Shown in pieces: positions 22,172 to 34,300 of a stretch of 64,000 nt of DNA (position 1 is the first letter of the stretch; every line of letters begins with the position of its first letter). The notes under the pieces are model-generated. The model saw only the letters and a list, made by a program, of their open reading frames with translations, was not told the origin of the DNA and did no database searches. The translations under genes were made by a program, and so were the position numbers. Source of the DNA: a candidate division FCPU426 bacterium (lineage in GTDB: Bacteria > Oederibacteriota > Muellerivitia > Muellerivitales > Muellerivitaceae); assembly GCA_963796105.1 (NCBI GenBank), contig CAWCKJ010000013.1:27882-91881 (forward strand). Direction: 5' to 3'.

Positions 22172-22462
22172 ATGACCGAAGAAATGATCAAGCAACTGAA
22201 AAATTCGGATGTGGAGTGCCTCAGGTGCGGGGCCCGCAACATTCCCGAAAACCGCATTTGTGGCGCCTGCGGGGCCAGCCTGCCCCTGGTTTACGACCAA
22301 GATGGTAATGTTTTCAACTGGCGGGGCGATCCGAGGCTGGAGAATCTTCTTCATCATGGGGCGAGTCGGCGCATATTGACCCCAAGAACGGCCGGGTGGC
22401 TCCTCAGGCTGCTGGTGATATTATCCGCCCTTTTTACGGCTTTCCTGATTCTTCATCATTAA
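22172..22462 (+). CDS. Zinc-ribbon protein with C-terminal membrane anchor
   Basis: CLRCG...N...ICGACG plus a hydrophobic C-terminus. Confidence 0.7.
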   Translation: MTEEMIKQLKNSDVECLRCGARNIPENRICGACGASLPLVYDQDGNVFNWRGDPRLENLLHHGASRRILTPRTAGWLLRLLVILSALFTAFLILHH

Positions 22463-22654
22463 TGCCTGTTATATTTTCATTCAAGGTGGTCCCGCTTTTT
22501 TCGTTCCCGAGTTTTTTCATTGACCGGATGAAGCCCGGTTGAAACGGATGGCTTTACGGATTTATCCTTGATTTTATCCAAATTGAGAATGGATCATGTT
22601 TTGAGAGAACGGTCATTTTCCCCGCGAATATAAATAAAACTGAAAAAGGCGCTC

Positions 22655-24034
22655 ATGAAGACCCAGAATCCCCAAATAGCCGGGAAAAAAGTTTATTTAG
22701 AGACTTTCGGCTGCCAATCCAACGTCCTGGAATCGGATCATTTGGTGGAGATCCTCAGGAGCGGAAATTTCGCAATGACACCCGCCGAGGATGAGGCGGA
22801 CATTATCCTTTTCAATACCTGTTCCATCCGTAGCCACGCGGAACACAAGATTTTTTCCAGGCTTGGCGAGCTGGGGGAATGGAAAAAGGGGAAAAAAGGC
22901 AGGGTCATCGGGGTCCTGGGCTGCATGGCCACGGGCCTCAAGGAAAAACTCTTCAAGAAAGCGCCCCTCCTGGACCTGGTCCTGGGGGCGGACCAATATC
23001 CCCAGGCCTCCGAGGCCATTGACCGGGCCTCCCGGGGGGAGGGCCCCCTGCTCATGGCGGATTTCGATCCCCTTTATTTCCCCAGGAACAACCCGGAAAG
23101 AAGGGCGCTGCCCCATAAAGCCTTCCTGGAAATCATGAAGGGCTGCGATAAATTCTGCACTTTCTGCGTCGTGCCTTTCACACGGGGCAGGGAGGTTTCC
23201 AGGCCCCCGGCCGAGATCCTCGGGGAGGCCGTGGATTTGGCCTCCTCCGGCGTCAAGGAAATCATGCTTTTGGGCCAAAACGTCAATTCCTACGGATTGG
23301 GCCTTAAATCCCAGGCTGGACCCCAATCCTTCCCCAGGCTGCTGAGGGAAGTCGGCGCCATCGCGGGACTGCAAAGGGTGCGCTTCATGACATCCCACCC
23401 CTTGGATTTATCGGATGAATTGGTGGAGGCCATGGCCTCCACGCCCTCCATTTGCGAGATGATCCACCTTCCAGTCCAATGCGGGTCCGACGCCGTCTTG
23501 AAGCGCATGAACCGAAAATACAGCGTGGCGCATTATTTGGAACGGATCCAAAAGCTGAGATCGGCCATTCCGGGGCTGGCGGTCACGACTGATTTGATCG
23601 TCGGCTTTCCCGGCGAGACGGAGGAGGATTTCAATGGCACCCTCCGGATGCTGGAGGAGGTCCGTTTCGACCTCGTTTACAGCTTCAAGTATTCCCCGAG
23701 GCCAGGGACCCCGGCCCAGCGCATGTTGAACCAGGTGGATGAGGCGCAAAAGGACGATAGGCTGGCCCGGCTGAACGACTTGGCCTGGAGGCACGCGGCC
23801 CAAAGCTGTGACACGAGGATTGGGAAAGTGGAGGAGGTCATGGTGGAGGGCCCGGCGGACAAGACTCCCGGCGCCTATTACGGCAAGACGAGGCAGAACC
23901 GGACGGTGGTCTTTCCCGGCCAAGGCTTCCAGCCGGGGGATTTGGTTCAAGTGCGCGTGGAAAGCCACAAAGTGGCTAATTTATACGGTATAGTCGTTGG
24001 GGGTATTGCTGTTCCGGAGCGTACCAGGGCATAA
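22655..24034 (+). CDS. miaB: tRNA-2-methylthio-N6-dimethylallyladenosine synthase
   Basis: TFGCQ, NTCSIR, radical SAM CDKFCTFC, C-terminal TRAM domain. Confidence 0.93.
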   Translation: MKTQNPQIAGKKVYLETFGCQSNVLESDHLVEILRSGNFAMTPAEDEADIILFNTCSIRSHAEHKIFSRLGELGEWKKGKKGRVIGVLGCMATGLKEKLFKKAPLLDLVLGADQYPQASEAIDRASRGEGPLLMADFDPLYFPRNNPERRALPHKAFLEIMKGCDKFCTFCVVPFTRGREVSRPPAEILGEAVDLASSGVKEIMLLGQNVNSYGLGLKSQAGPQSFPRLLREVGAIAGLQRVRFMTSHPLDLSDELVEAMASTPSICEMIHLPVQCGSDAVLKRMNRKYSVAHYLERIQKLRSAIPGLAVTTDLIVGFPGETEEDFNGTLRMLEEVRFDLVYSFKYSPRPGTPAQRMLNQVDEAQKDDRLARLNDLAWRHAAQSCDTRIGKVEEVMVEGPADKTPGAYYGKTRQNRTVVFPGQGFQPGDLVQVRVESHKVANLYGIVVGGIAVPERTRA

Positions 24035-24111
24035 GCCCCGGGAGTCATTTGGCATGGGCGTCGTCCTGGTTCCATGTTACGATTATTTCCATTTCATCCC
24101 TTGGAGGAAAA

Positions 24112-25326
24112 ATGAGAAGGTTCGCGTTATTCGTTTTTTTGGCAACAGCCGGATGCTTATTCACCCGTCCGATTTACATTCAGGCCGACGACCTTGAAGG
24201 CGTGACCCAAGCCGGCGCCGAAAACGGGCAGTCCCTTTTTGACCAGGCCCAAAAATGCTTCAACGAGAAAAAATTCAAGAAAGCAAAGGATTTGCTGAAC
24301 CAGGTGGTCTCGAAACATCCCCTGGAAAAATTCATCCCCCAGGCTCGCCTCCTTTTAGCGCGGCTTCAGGAGGATTTCACTGTATCCACCACCGAGTTCA
24401 AGTCCCTGGCGGCGGAATATTCCAACCTCCCCCAGGGAGAGGAAGCCCAAAAGGACCTGGGAGTACGCTATTACCTGGCGGACCGGTATGAGGAGGCGGC
24501 GGAAAGTTACAAGGAATTCCTCCAGGATCATCCGAAAAGCGCGGACCTGGCTGAAGTGCGGTATTGGTACGGTTCCTCATTGCTGGCCCTGGACCAAAAC
24601 AAGGAATCCGTGGAGCAATTCAAAAAAGTCATCCACGACGCTCCGGACAGCGCTTGGACCCCCAAGGCCACCTTGGGCCTGGGCAACGCCTATTTCAAGA
24701 TGAGGAAATACCAGGACGCAGAGAAACAGTACCTTCGGATCCTCGACCAATACCAGCTTTATGACGAGCTCAACCTGGTCTACCTGAAGCTGGGCGAGAC
24801 TTACGAGGCTGAGCACCGCTGGAAAGAGGCCCAAGCGGCTTTTAAAAGCCTGATGGACCGTTATCCGAAAGCCTTCGAGGTGGCGGAAGCCCGGGACCAA
24901 ATGCGGAATTTGGAGAACGAGCACCCGGAACTTTCGAGATTCCCGGACTCCCAGGCTCCCGCGGCTTCTGGCTCTGGAAATCCCGCGAATCCGTCACCGA
25001 ATGGGAATTTGACCCCCTTGCCCTCGGGATCGCCCTCCACCCAGGCCCCGGAAGCCGGGACTGAAAACCCGCCCGCCCAATACAGTCCCAAGCCCTACCA
25101 CGTCCAGGTGGGCGTTTACTCTAAAAAATTCAACGTCGAGAAGGCCCGGAAGGCCCTCCGCAAAGCCGGGTTCAACGCCTATCTGATAACCGTCAAGCAG
25201 GAGGACGTGCCCTATACCATTTATAAGGTGCGCGTAGGAAGCTTCAGCGACAAAGCCTCGGCGGAAAAAACCGCGAGAGCCGTCTCGAAAAAAATTAGGG
25301 AAAAGGCCATTGTCGTCGAGGACTGA
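24112..25326 (+). CDS. Exported TPR (CpoB/BamD-like) protein with C-terminal SPOR peptidoglycan-binding domain
   Basis: GGAGG RBS, signal peptide, TPRs, YHVQVGVY...YKVRVGSF. Confidence 0.82.
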   Translation: MRRFALFVFLATAGCLFTRPIYIQADDLEGVTQAGAENGQSLFDQAQKCFNEKKFKKAKDLLNQVVSKHPLEKFIPQARLLLARLQEDFTVSTTEFKSLAAEYSNLPQGEEAQKDLGVRYYLADRYEEAAESYKEFLQDHPKSADLAEVRYWYGSSLLALDQNKESVEQFKKVIHDAPDSAWTPKATLGLGNAYFKMRKYQDAEKQYLRILDQYQLYDELNLVYLKLGETYEAEHRWKEAQAAFKSLMDRYPKAFEVAEARDQMRNLENEHPELSRFPDSQAPAASGSGNPANPSPNGNLTPLPSGSPSTQAPEAGTENPPAQYSPKPYHVQVGVYSKKFNVEKARKALRKAGFNAYLITVKQEDVPYTIYKVRVGSFSDKASAEKTARAVSKKIREKAIVVED

Positions 25327-25403
25327 AACATCCGCTGGAATCGGGAACCCGGAGGCTGTCTTGGGGATGGATTCGTTGAAAAAGGGAAGTTTTATGAAAA
25401 GGC

Positions 25404-28037
25404 TTGAGCATGGATGACCTGACACCCATGATGAAGCAGTACCTGGAGATGAAGAGGATCCATAAAGAGGAAATCCTTTTCTTCCGCCTGGGGGACTTTT
25501 ACGAGATGTTCTTCGAGGACGCCCGCACCGCGGCCCGCGTTCTCCACCTGACCCTGACTTCCCGGGAGGGGGGCAAGGGCCAGAGGATCCCCATGGCGGG
25601 CATTCCATACCACGCCGCGGAAAACTACCTCGCCCGCCTGGTAAAACAGGGCTTTTCCATCGCCATTTGCGAGCAAACCGAGGATCCAGCCCTCGCCAAG
25701 GGCCTCGTCAAACGGGAAATCTCCCGCGTGATCACTCCTGGAACGGTCCTCTCAGCGGCCATGCTGGATGAGAAATCGAACAACTACCTGGTCGGGCTCG
25801 CCTTTTCCCCCCAAGGACTGGGATTGGCGGCCGTGGACGTGACCACGGGGGAGTTCAAGTCCTGCGAGATCCAGGGGCCTGAAAAGTTCTCCATCATGGC
25901 CAATGAATTGGCCAAGTTCAACCCCGCCGAGATTTTGTCCACCCAGACCCAGCCGGACGCCCCGGAATGGAGCCTGCTCCTCAAATCCGCCAACGGGGCC
26001 AAGCATTCCCGCCTGGAGGATTGGAAATTCTCGATTGAGGAAGCCCGCGGGGCCCTGCAGGAGCATTTCCAAGTCAAAACCCTGGACGGGTTCGGGCTTT
26101 CCGGGCAGGACCAGGCCGTGAGGGCCGCCGGCGCCGTCCTCCAATACCTGAGGGACACCACCCACAGCGTCCTATCCCATATCTCCAGCCTTTCCTCTTT
26201 CCAGGTTGGGGAGGGAATGCTCCTGGACGCCACCACCCAGCGCAACCTGGAGCTGGTCCGGAACATGAACGACGGGGGCAGGGAGGGAACCCTGCTGTCG
26301 GTGGTGGATGAAACAACCACCTCCATGGGCGGCCGGCTGCTTCGTCAATGGCTCATCACTCCCCTGACCTCGGTCGCGAAGATCAGGAGCCGGCAGGACT
26401 CGGTGGAGGAATTCCTCGCCCGAAGGGAGGAAAAGGACCGCTTGAGGGAACTGCTCCGGGAGATCTCGGACCTGGAAAGGCTCGCGGGGCGAATCGGATG
26501 CGGGACGGCCAACGCCCGGGACATGGCGGCCTTAAGGACGACCCTGGCTCTCCTGCCGAAGCTTCACCAGATTCTTTCCACATTCAAGGCCCAGTGGGTG
26601 AAGGACCGCGTGGATTCCTGGGACAACTTGAAGGACGTTCATCTCCTGCTGGAGCAATCCATTTCGGAGGAGCCTCCCCTGGCCCTCAAGGAAGGGGGGC
26701 TGATCAAGGCGGGATACAACACGGGATTGGACGAGCTGAAAAAAGGGTCCCAGGAGGGGAAAAGCTGGATCGCCCGCCTGGAGGAAAAAGAAAAGTCCCG
26801 GACGGGAATCGGGTCCCTCAAGGTGCGCTACACGTCCGTCTTCGGCTACTACATCGAGGTTTCCAAGGCCAACTTGGACAAGGTCCCGGCGGACTACCAC
26901 CGGAAACAAACCCTCGTGAACGCAGAAAGGTTCATCACGCCGGAATTGAAGGAGATGGAGGGAAAGGTCCTGGGGGCGCAGGAAAAAGCCGACCGGCTGG
27001 AGTACGAGATTTTCGAGGGCATCCGGGTCCAGGTGTCCAAGGACCTTTCCCGGCTCCAAAAGGCGGGGCGCACCATCGCGGAATTGGACGTCTTCTCCTC
27101 CATGGCCCAAGTGGCCGACCGGGGCCGCCATGTCAGGCCCCTGATCCTGGAGGACTCCCAGGAGTTGAGCATCACGGACGGCCGCCATCCGGTCCTGGAA
27201 CGCATCCTCAACTCGGACCAGTTCGTCCCCAACGACACCCGCCTGGGGGTCGAGGGCGTCGAGATTATGGTCCTGACCGGCCCCAATATGGCCGGTAAAA
27301 GCACCTATATCAGGCAGGTGGCGCTATTGTCGCTCCTGGCCCAAACCGGCTTCTTCGTCCCGGCCAAGGAAATGCGCCTGGGGATCGTGGACCGGATTTT
27401 CTCTCGGGTGGGGGCTTCCGACGCCCTGACCCAGGGGCAGAGCACCTTCATGGTGGAAATGGTCGAAACCGCCAACATCCTGAACCACGCCACGGCCCGG
27501 AGCCTTTTGATCCTGGACGAGGTGGGCCGGGGAACCTCCACTTACGACGGGGTTTCCATCGCCTGGGCTGTCGTTGAGCACTTGGCCCAGCGGCTGAGGG
27601 CCAGGACCCTGTTCGCGACCCATTACCATGAGCTCACGAGGCTGTCCGCCGTCTTCCCGAACGTGAGGAACTTCAATATCGCCGTCCGGGAATGGAACGA
27701 GCAGATACTCTTCCTCCGGAAAATCGTGGAGGGGAGCACGGACAAGAGCTATGGGATCCAGGTCGCGCGCTTGGCCGGCGTCCCGCGGGTGGTGGTGGAA
27801 AGGGCCAAGAAAATCCTGGCTTCCCTGGAAACGGGAAGCGGGCTTCCGGTGTCGAAAGACCAGACCATCGAGAAGATCCCGGTGATCGCGCCGGAGCCCC
27901 TTTCCCAGCTCTCCTTTTTCGGAAAAGGGGGGAGCCATCCGGTCCTGGAGGAGTTGAAGGGACTGGACTTGAATGACCTGACACCCCTCCAAGCCCTCAA
28001 TCTCCTGGGCGAGTGGAAGAAAAAAATCGGAGACTGA
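25404..28037 (+). CDS. mutS: DNA mismatch repair protein MutS
   Basis: TPMMKQY, FFRLGDFYEMF, TGPNMAGKST, DEVGRGTST, ATHYHEL. Confidence 0.98.
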   Translation: MSMDDLTPMMKQYLEMKRIHKEEILFFRLGDFYEMFFEDARTAARVLHLTLTSREGGKGQRIPMAGIPYHAAENYLARLVKQGFSIAICEQTEDPALAKGLVKREISRVITPGTVLSAAMLDEKSNNYLVGLAFSPQGLGLAAVDVTTGEFKSCEIQGPEKFSIMANELAKFNPAEILSTQTQPDAPEWSLLLKSANGAKHSRLEDWKFSIEEARGALQEHFQVKTLDGFGLSGQDQAVRAAGAVLQYLRDTTHSVLSHISSLSSFQVGEGMLLDATTQRNLELVRNMNDGGREGTLLSVVDETTTSMGGRLLRQWLITPLTSVAKIRSRQDSVEEFLARREEKDRLRELLREISDLERLAGRIGCGTANARDMAALRTTLALLPKLHQILSTFKAQWVKDRVDSWDNLKDVHLLLEQSISEEPPLALKEGGLIKAGYNTGLDELKKGSQEGKSWIARLEEKEKSRTGIGSLKVRYTSVFGYYIEVSKANLDKVPADYHRKQTLVNAERFITPELKEMEGKVLGAQEKADRLEYEIFEGIRVQVSKDLSRLQKAGRTIAELDVFSSMAQVADRGRHVRPLILEDSQELSITDGRHPVLERILNSDQFVPNDTRLGVEGVEIMVLTGPNMAGKSTYIRQVALLSLLAQTGFFVPAKEMRLGIVDRIFSRVGASDALTQGQSTFMVEMVETANILNHATARSLLILDEVGRGTSTYDGVSIAWAVVEHLAQRLRARTLFATHYHELTRLSAVFPNVRNFNIAVREWNEQILFLRKIVEGSTDKSYGIQVARLAGVPRVVVERAKKILASLETGSGLPVSKDQTIEKIPVIAPEPLSQLSFFGKGGSHPVLEELKGLDLNDLTPLQALNLLGEWKKKIGD

Positions 28038-28316
28038 GTTCCCGCCACTCGGAAGTATCAGGCTTATCCGCCTTGGGATTCCGAGGAGTTTGTTTCCTCT
28101 GTGTTCCATCCTTCGATGGGGGTCTTTCAGGAACCGATTTTCACCAATATTCAACACTTCCGGCCGGCCCGAAACCCCGTTTTCCCCAAGGGGGTGGGGC
28201 ATTTTCCCCCGTGAATCAAGGGGTTGATAAGGGTATTGTCAACCCCCCGAGGGCGGCCTTTTTGTCCATACCCATCCCATCCCAGGGATGTTAAAATCAC
28301 CAATTCAAGGTGACCA

Positions 28317-31300
28317 TTGGCTAAATACGAAAAAACCGATCGAAAGACCTTTCCCTACGACCTGCCGGTCGAATTTGCCGCCCATGAGGGCGGCCTGTTC
28401 GAGGCTTGGTGCCCCCTCCTGCCGGGGTGCAAGGCCCAGGGGCAAAGCCCCAAAGATGCCCTGGACCACCTGAAAAACGCGGTGGACCTGTTCCTCGCCC
28501 AAACGGCGCCGGCCCATTTTCAAACCATCGAGCATTTCAGCGACATTTCCATCTTCTATGACATGTGCGAATTCAAGGGCCACCTGTATATCGCGTCCGG
28601 GCGGGACAGCGTCTTGAGGTCCGCCGCCGCCGTATCGGGAACCTTCGAGGCTTTCCGGGTCACCAAGAGCAACACGAAATTTTTCACCCCCACCCCGAAC
28701 CACCCGGAAGGCGCGGGGGATTACACGACGCAAATTTACTGCCTCTGTTCCTTCGCCCCTCCAGGAAGGGAAAATGCCCTTTTCGCCGGGACCAATTTGA
28801 ACGGGTCGGTGTATTTTTCCGGCGACGGCAAGGAGTGGCAGGAGGCTTTCGCCACCGGCGAGGACCGCCTGCACTGCCTCCACGCCTTCCAGGACCGCCT
28901 TTACGCGGGCACGAGCTCCAACGGCAAGATTTTCGCCTATGACGGGGTGCAGTGGAACCTGGTGGGGAACCTGGGGGAGGCGGCCATCACCTGCTTTGGG
29001 GAGTACGAGGGGCGCCTTTACGCGGGCACTTATCCCAACGGCTGCGTTTATTCCACCCCGGACGGCTTGAATTGGTCGGAAGCGGCCAGGACCGGCCAAA
29101 GCTTCGTCCAGTGTTTCAAGGAATTCAACGGCGTCTTCTACACGGGAACTTCCAGCGCCCAGGGGATCAGGATATACAAGACCCTCAGCGGCTTGGATTG
29201 GGAAAAGGTTTATGAATCCGGGAGGGAGCTCAACGTTTATAGCATGGAAGAGTATGAGGGCGCCCTTTACGCCGGCACGGGAAACTCCGGGAGGATCCTG
29301 AAGACCGTTGACGGCCAGGAATGGACGACCGCTTACGCCGGGGAGGAGGAGGGGGTCCGCGCCCTCCTGCGCTACCAGGACCATTTTTTCGGGTGCACCG
29401 AGAACAAGGGAGTGATCCTTCGCTCGGCTTTCTCCAAGGAGCACATCCCGGTCCTCCAGCAGGTTGAGACCAAAAAAGTGACTTCCTCCAGCGCCATGGT
29501 GACCTGGACCACGGACCTTCCCGCCACCTCCGAACTGCATTACGGGATGAAGGACGGGAGCGCGGGAATGAACCTGGCGGTCTCGGACCCGGCCCCCTCC
29601 TACCAGCACTCCCTTTACTTGACGGGATTGAGGGCCGGGGAGGAATACGAGTTCAAGGCCGCGAGTTGTTACCAGGGATCCACGCCGGCCGTATCGGAAA
29701 CCGTCGTTTTCAAGACCTATCCCGTGGCCCCCCCTGATGTTTATTCCCCGACCCATCCCCATCCGGGCGAGTGGGCCAACGGGAAGAAAATCGAGGTCAT
29801 CCTTTACTCCCCGGTCCCGCAGGCCGGGTTTTATTACCAGCTGAACGACTCGGCTGATTTTGTCCCGGGCCCAGGCAAGGGCGACTATACGGAGGAAAGG
29901 CGTCTGATCCTCCCCCTCGCCGCCGAGGGAACCTGCTATTTCCACGTCGTGGGAGTGGATCCCGCCGGGAATATCGGGACCCATCCCAACCATTTCGCCA
30001 TCGGGATCGACACGGAGGTGTTGCCTCCCCGGAAACTGGCCAGCCCCACCCATCCCGACCCCGACAAGTGGGAATCCAACGCCTCGCCCTTGGTGGCCTG
30101 GGAGGCCCCTCCGGATCTCTCCGGTGTGAAGGGCTTTTACGTGAAGGCGGACCATGAGCCCTTCAGCGTGCCCGCACCGGGGGAATGCCTGTTTACCTCC
30201 GAGAACCGCGCCACTTTAGGCCCCCTGGAAGACGGCCTCTGGTATGTGCATGTGGCGACCCAGGACCAGGCTGGAAACATCGGGCAGACCGCGGCCCACC
30301 TGCCGGTTCGCGTCGATACGCAATCCCCGGTCCCGGTGCCGTCCTCCTCGACCCACTCCCAGCCGGACCATTGGTATTCCAATAACAGGGCCGAGATGGC
30401 CCTGACCACCCCTCCCGATTTGTCCGGATTGGCCGGGTACTTTTACGCCGTGGACCAGGAGCCGGAGACCCTGCCGGAAGCCTCCTCGGCCAAATGGATG
30501 GAGGGGGATAAAATAATTCTTCCCCCGCTCGCCGACGGGATTTGGTACTTTCACGCCCGCGCCCAGGACAGGGCCGGTAATTTATCGGCCAAGGCGGGCC
30601 ATCATAAGTTCTGCCTGGACACGCACGCGGATCCCCCTCCGAGGATCACCTCCACCACCCACCCGGAGGCGAACCGCTGGTACCCCAGCAGGGGGGTGGA
30701 AGTCCAATGGGAGGATCCCATCGACCATTCCGGGGTGGCGGGCTTCTATTACCACATCGACCGGGACCCGGACACGGTCCCCAGCGAAAAAACCTCCCTC
30801 TTCACGGTTCTGCGCAGTTTGTTTTTCGAGGTAGCCGACGATGGAATATGGTACTTCCACCTGGCCACCAAGGATAAAGCCGGGAATTTGAGCCGACAGG
30901 CGGCCCATATCACCCTTTTGGTGGACACCGCCGCCGGGAAACCTGTTTTGTACTCCCCGACCCATCCCGACCAGAACCGCTGGTATCCCGAGGCCCTCGC
31001 GATGTTCCGGACCGCGCCTCCGGAGGATCTCTCGGGCATCAAAGGCTTCTATTATCAATTGGGTCCCACGGCCACCCTGCCAGACCCAAAAAACTCGCTG
31101 TTTACCCAGAAAAACGAGTTCACGGTCCAGATCCCGGGTGATGGAATCCACTGGCTGTCGGTGGTTTGCCTGGATAAGGCCGGAAACGCCGGGCGGGAGC
31201 CGGCGGTTTATTCCTTGCGGCTGGACACTTCCGTCCCCGCGCCCGAGATCGCCTCCTCCAGCCACCCCCAGGCCGACAAGTGGTATTCCAACAGAAAGGT

Positions 31301-34300
31301 GGACCTGGAATGGAGAACCGCCCCGGATCTCTCCGGGGTCGAGGGCTGCTATTACTGCGTGGACCGGGATACAGAGACCCTTCCGGAAGCCTCCAGCGCC
31401 AAATGGACGGCGGGAAACCGCATCACTATTTCAGAGCCGGAGGACGGGGTGTGGTACTTCCACCTTCGCTCCAAGGACATGGCCGGAAACCTGTCCGAAA
31501 AGGCGGGGCATTTCAAGTTCCGAGTGGATACCCACGCTGGCGCTCCCATGAACGTCACCTCCCCCTCCCACGGGGAAATCGGGAGGTGGTACAACAACCG
31601 GAAGGTGGAGATAAGTTGGGAAGCCCCGCCGGATTCCTCCGGAATCGGGGGTTTTTATTACCAATTCAGCAGGGAACCGGAGACTGTCCCCAACGACAAG
31701 AACGCCTCCTTTACCGACCAGAATTCCGCCGTTTTCGAGGCGCCGGAGGACGGCCGCTGGTTTTTTCACGCCGCCACGCGCGATAACGCGGGCAACTTGA
31801 GCCGCGATGCGGCCCATTTCTCCTTCCTCATCGACACCCTTGTCGGGAAACCGCGCCTCACCTCCCAGACCCATCCCTCCCAGGAAACCTGGTATTCCCG
31901 GACCCACGCGGTTATCCAGGCTGATCCGCCAGAGGACCTCTCGGGCATCAAGGGCTATTATTACGTCCTCAGCGAGATCGCGGTCCTGCCGGATCCCAAG
32001 ACCGCCTCCTTCACCGGGAAGAATGAGATGGTTTTGGATATCCCCCATGACGGCATCCATTGGCTGTCGGTGGTCTGCCAGGACCAGGCCGGCAACGTGG
32101 GGGACAAGGCCGAGACCTACCAGATCCGCCTCGATACGGCCATTGCGCCCCCGGAACTTTCCTCCCTGACGCATCCCTCCCAGGACCAATGGTACGGCTC
32201 GGGCAGGCTGGAGATGGAATGGAAGGACCCGAGGGATCTTTCGGGAATCGAGGGGCATTACACTGCCTTTAACCGCCGGGAAAACTGGCCGGTACTGCTG
32301 GGGGAAATGGATTTTACCACGGGCAGGAGCGCCGAGATCCTCCTGGAAGAGGAGGGTGTCTGGTACTTCCACGCCTGCGCCAAGGACAAGGCCGGCAATA
32401 TCAGCCAGTGCTCCACCTTCAAGATCCAGCTGGACTTAAGGGCGGCCCCGCCGTTCATCGAGAGCCCCACGCATCCCCGCGGAAAATGGAGGAACTCCTC
32501 CAAGCCCCTTTTCACCTGGGAAACCCCTGTGGAACTATCGGGGGTGGAGGGCTATTACACGGCCATCGACCAGAAGGCCGATACGGTTCCGGACGCCGAT
32601 CACGGCGAGTGGACCCAGATGAACTCCTGGGAAGGCCCTCAATTGGAGGACGGTCACTGGTATTTCCATGTGGTCACGAAGGACAAATCCGGGAACCTTA
32701 GCAAGGAAGCGGCGCACTATCCCCTCCTGGTGGACACGAGGGTGGGCCAGCCGGTTTTATCCTCACTGACCCATCCCAACCAGGACCAATGGTACAACCG
32801 AAAGCAGGCTGTCATTCAATTCGCCCCGCCGGAGGATCCATCGGGGATCAAGGGCTATTACTATTGCCTTGGCGAGTCCATGCGGCTGCCGGAACCCAAC
32901 TCGTCCACTTTCACTGAGGGCAATGAGATCAGTTTGGAAATACCCCGCGACGGGCTCCATGTGCTGTCGGTGGTCTGCCTGGACGGGGCCGGGAACACCG
33001 GCAAGGAGCCGGCGCAATACCAAATCAGGCTGGATACCTCGGCGGAGCCGCCGGAAATATCCTCCCCCAGCCACCCGAACCAGGACCAATGGTATGGAAC
33101 CTCCAACGTCCAGCTGGAAATGAGGGATTCCCCGGACCTGTCGGGCATCGAGGGATATTATTACGCGCTCAACCGGGAGGAAAACTGGAATTCCAATTTT
33201 TCGGTGATGGATTACACCCTGGAGCGGAAACTGCTCTTGACCGTCCAGGAGGACGGGGTCTGGTACGTTCATCTATGCTCCAAGGACCACGCTGGCAACG
33301 TGGGCCCTTGCGGCCGTTTCAAGATCCAGGTGGATTTCAAGGCCCTCCCGCCGGTCGTCCAAAGCCCGACCCATCCGGTGGGCCAATGGAAGAAGGAAAC
33401 CAAACCCAGGTTCGCCTGGGAGGCTCCCCAGGACGTGGCGGGGGTGGAAGGCTACTTTGTTTCCATGGACCAGGTTCCCGATAAGGTCCCGGGTCCGGAC
33501 CATGGGGAATGGGTCACGCTGAATTCCTGGGAAAGCCCCGCCTTGGCGGACGGCCGGTGGTATTTCCACGTCGTCACCAAGGACCGTGTGGGAAACTTGA
33601 GCCGGGAAGCCGCCCATTATCCCGTTCTCATCGATACGGCCCCCCCGAAATCCATTCTCAAGCCCCTTCCCGTTTTTTTAAGCAGGACCCAGATCCATTT
33701 GGAATGGGACGCCGAGGATACCGCCGGGGTTAAATCCTTCGACCTCCAGGTCAAGGTGGGCCAAGAGGGGGATTGGGCCGACTGGCTTCTCCAGGTCACG
33801 GAAAAATCCGCCGCCTTCGCCGGGAAGGACGGGGAGAAATACGCGTTTCGCTGCAGGGCCGTGGATGAGGCAGGCAACCAGGAGTTATATCCGGACGGCG
33901 AAATGGCCTTCACGACCTTGGATCTCACGCCCCCGCCGCCGGTCCAGGAATTGACCGCGGCCCCAAGGCCGGGAGGGGCGATCGGGCTGAAGTGGAACCA
34001 GGTGGAGGATAAGACCTCGGGAACGGACTACTATCGCGTGTACCGCTGGATGGAAGGCGGGGCCCGCCAGAAGATCTCAATCGACGGCGAGATCCGGGAA
34101 GGGGAATACCTGGACCAGGATCCCTCCCTGGCGGAAAAGACCGTTTATTACTATTGCGTTCAGGCCGTGGACAAGTTGGGCAACGAGCAAAAGGAAGGCA
34201 ATAAGATCGCCGCCAGCCTGTCGGACCACGGGGTTGGAATCCCCAAAATCTCAAGCGAGACCCACGCGCGGGGGGATTGGAGCAGCCAGACCACCGCCCA

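Noticed and set aside
28305..30155. 616-aa antisense ORF and many other overlapping ORFs in 22-35 kb
   Set aside because: They lie opposite or within well-supported genes in GC-rich DNA with few stops, and show no recognisable motifs.
29730..33660. CRISPR array or diversity-generating retroelement in the repeated regions
   Set aside because: The repeats are in-frame protein repeats. There are no repeat-spacer units, cas genes or reverse transcriptase in the window.
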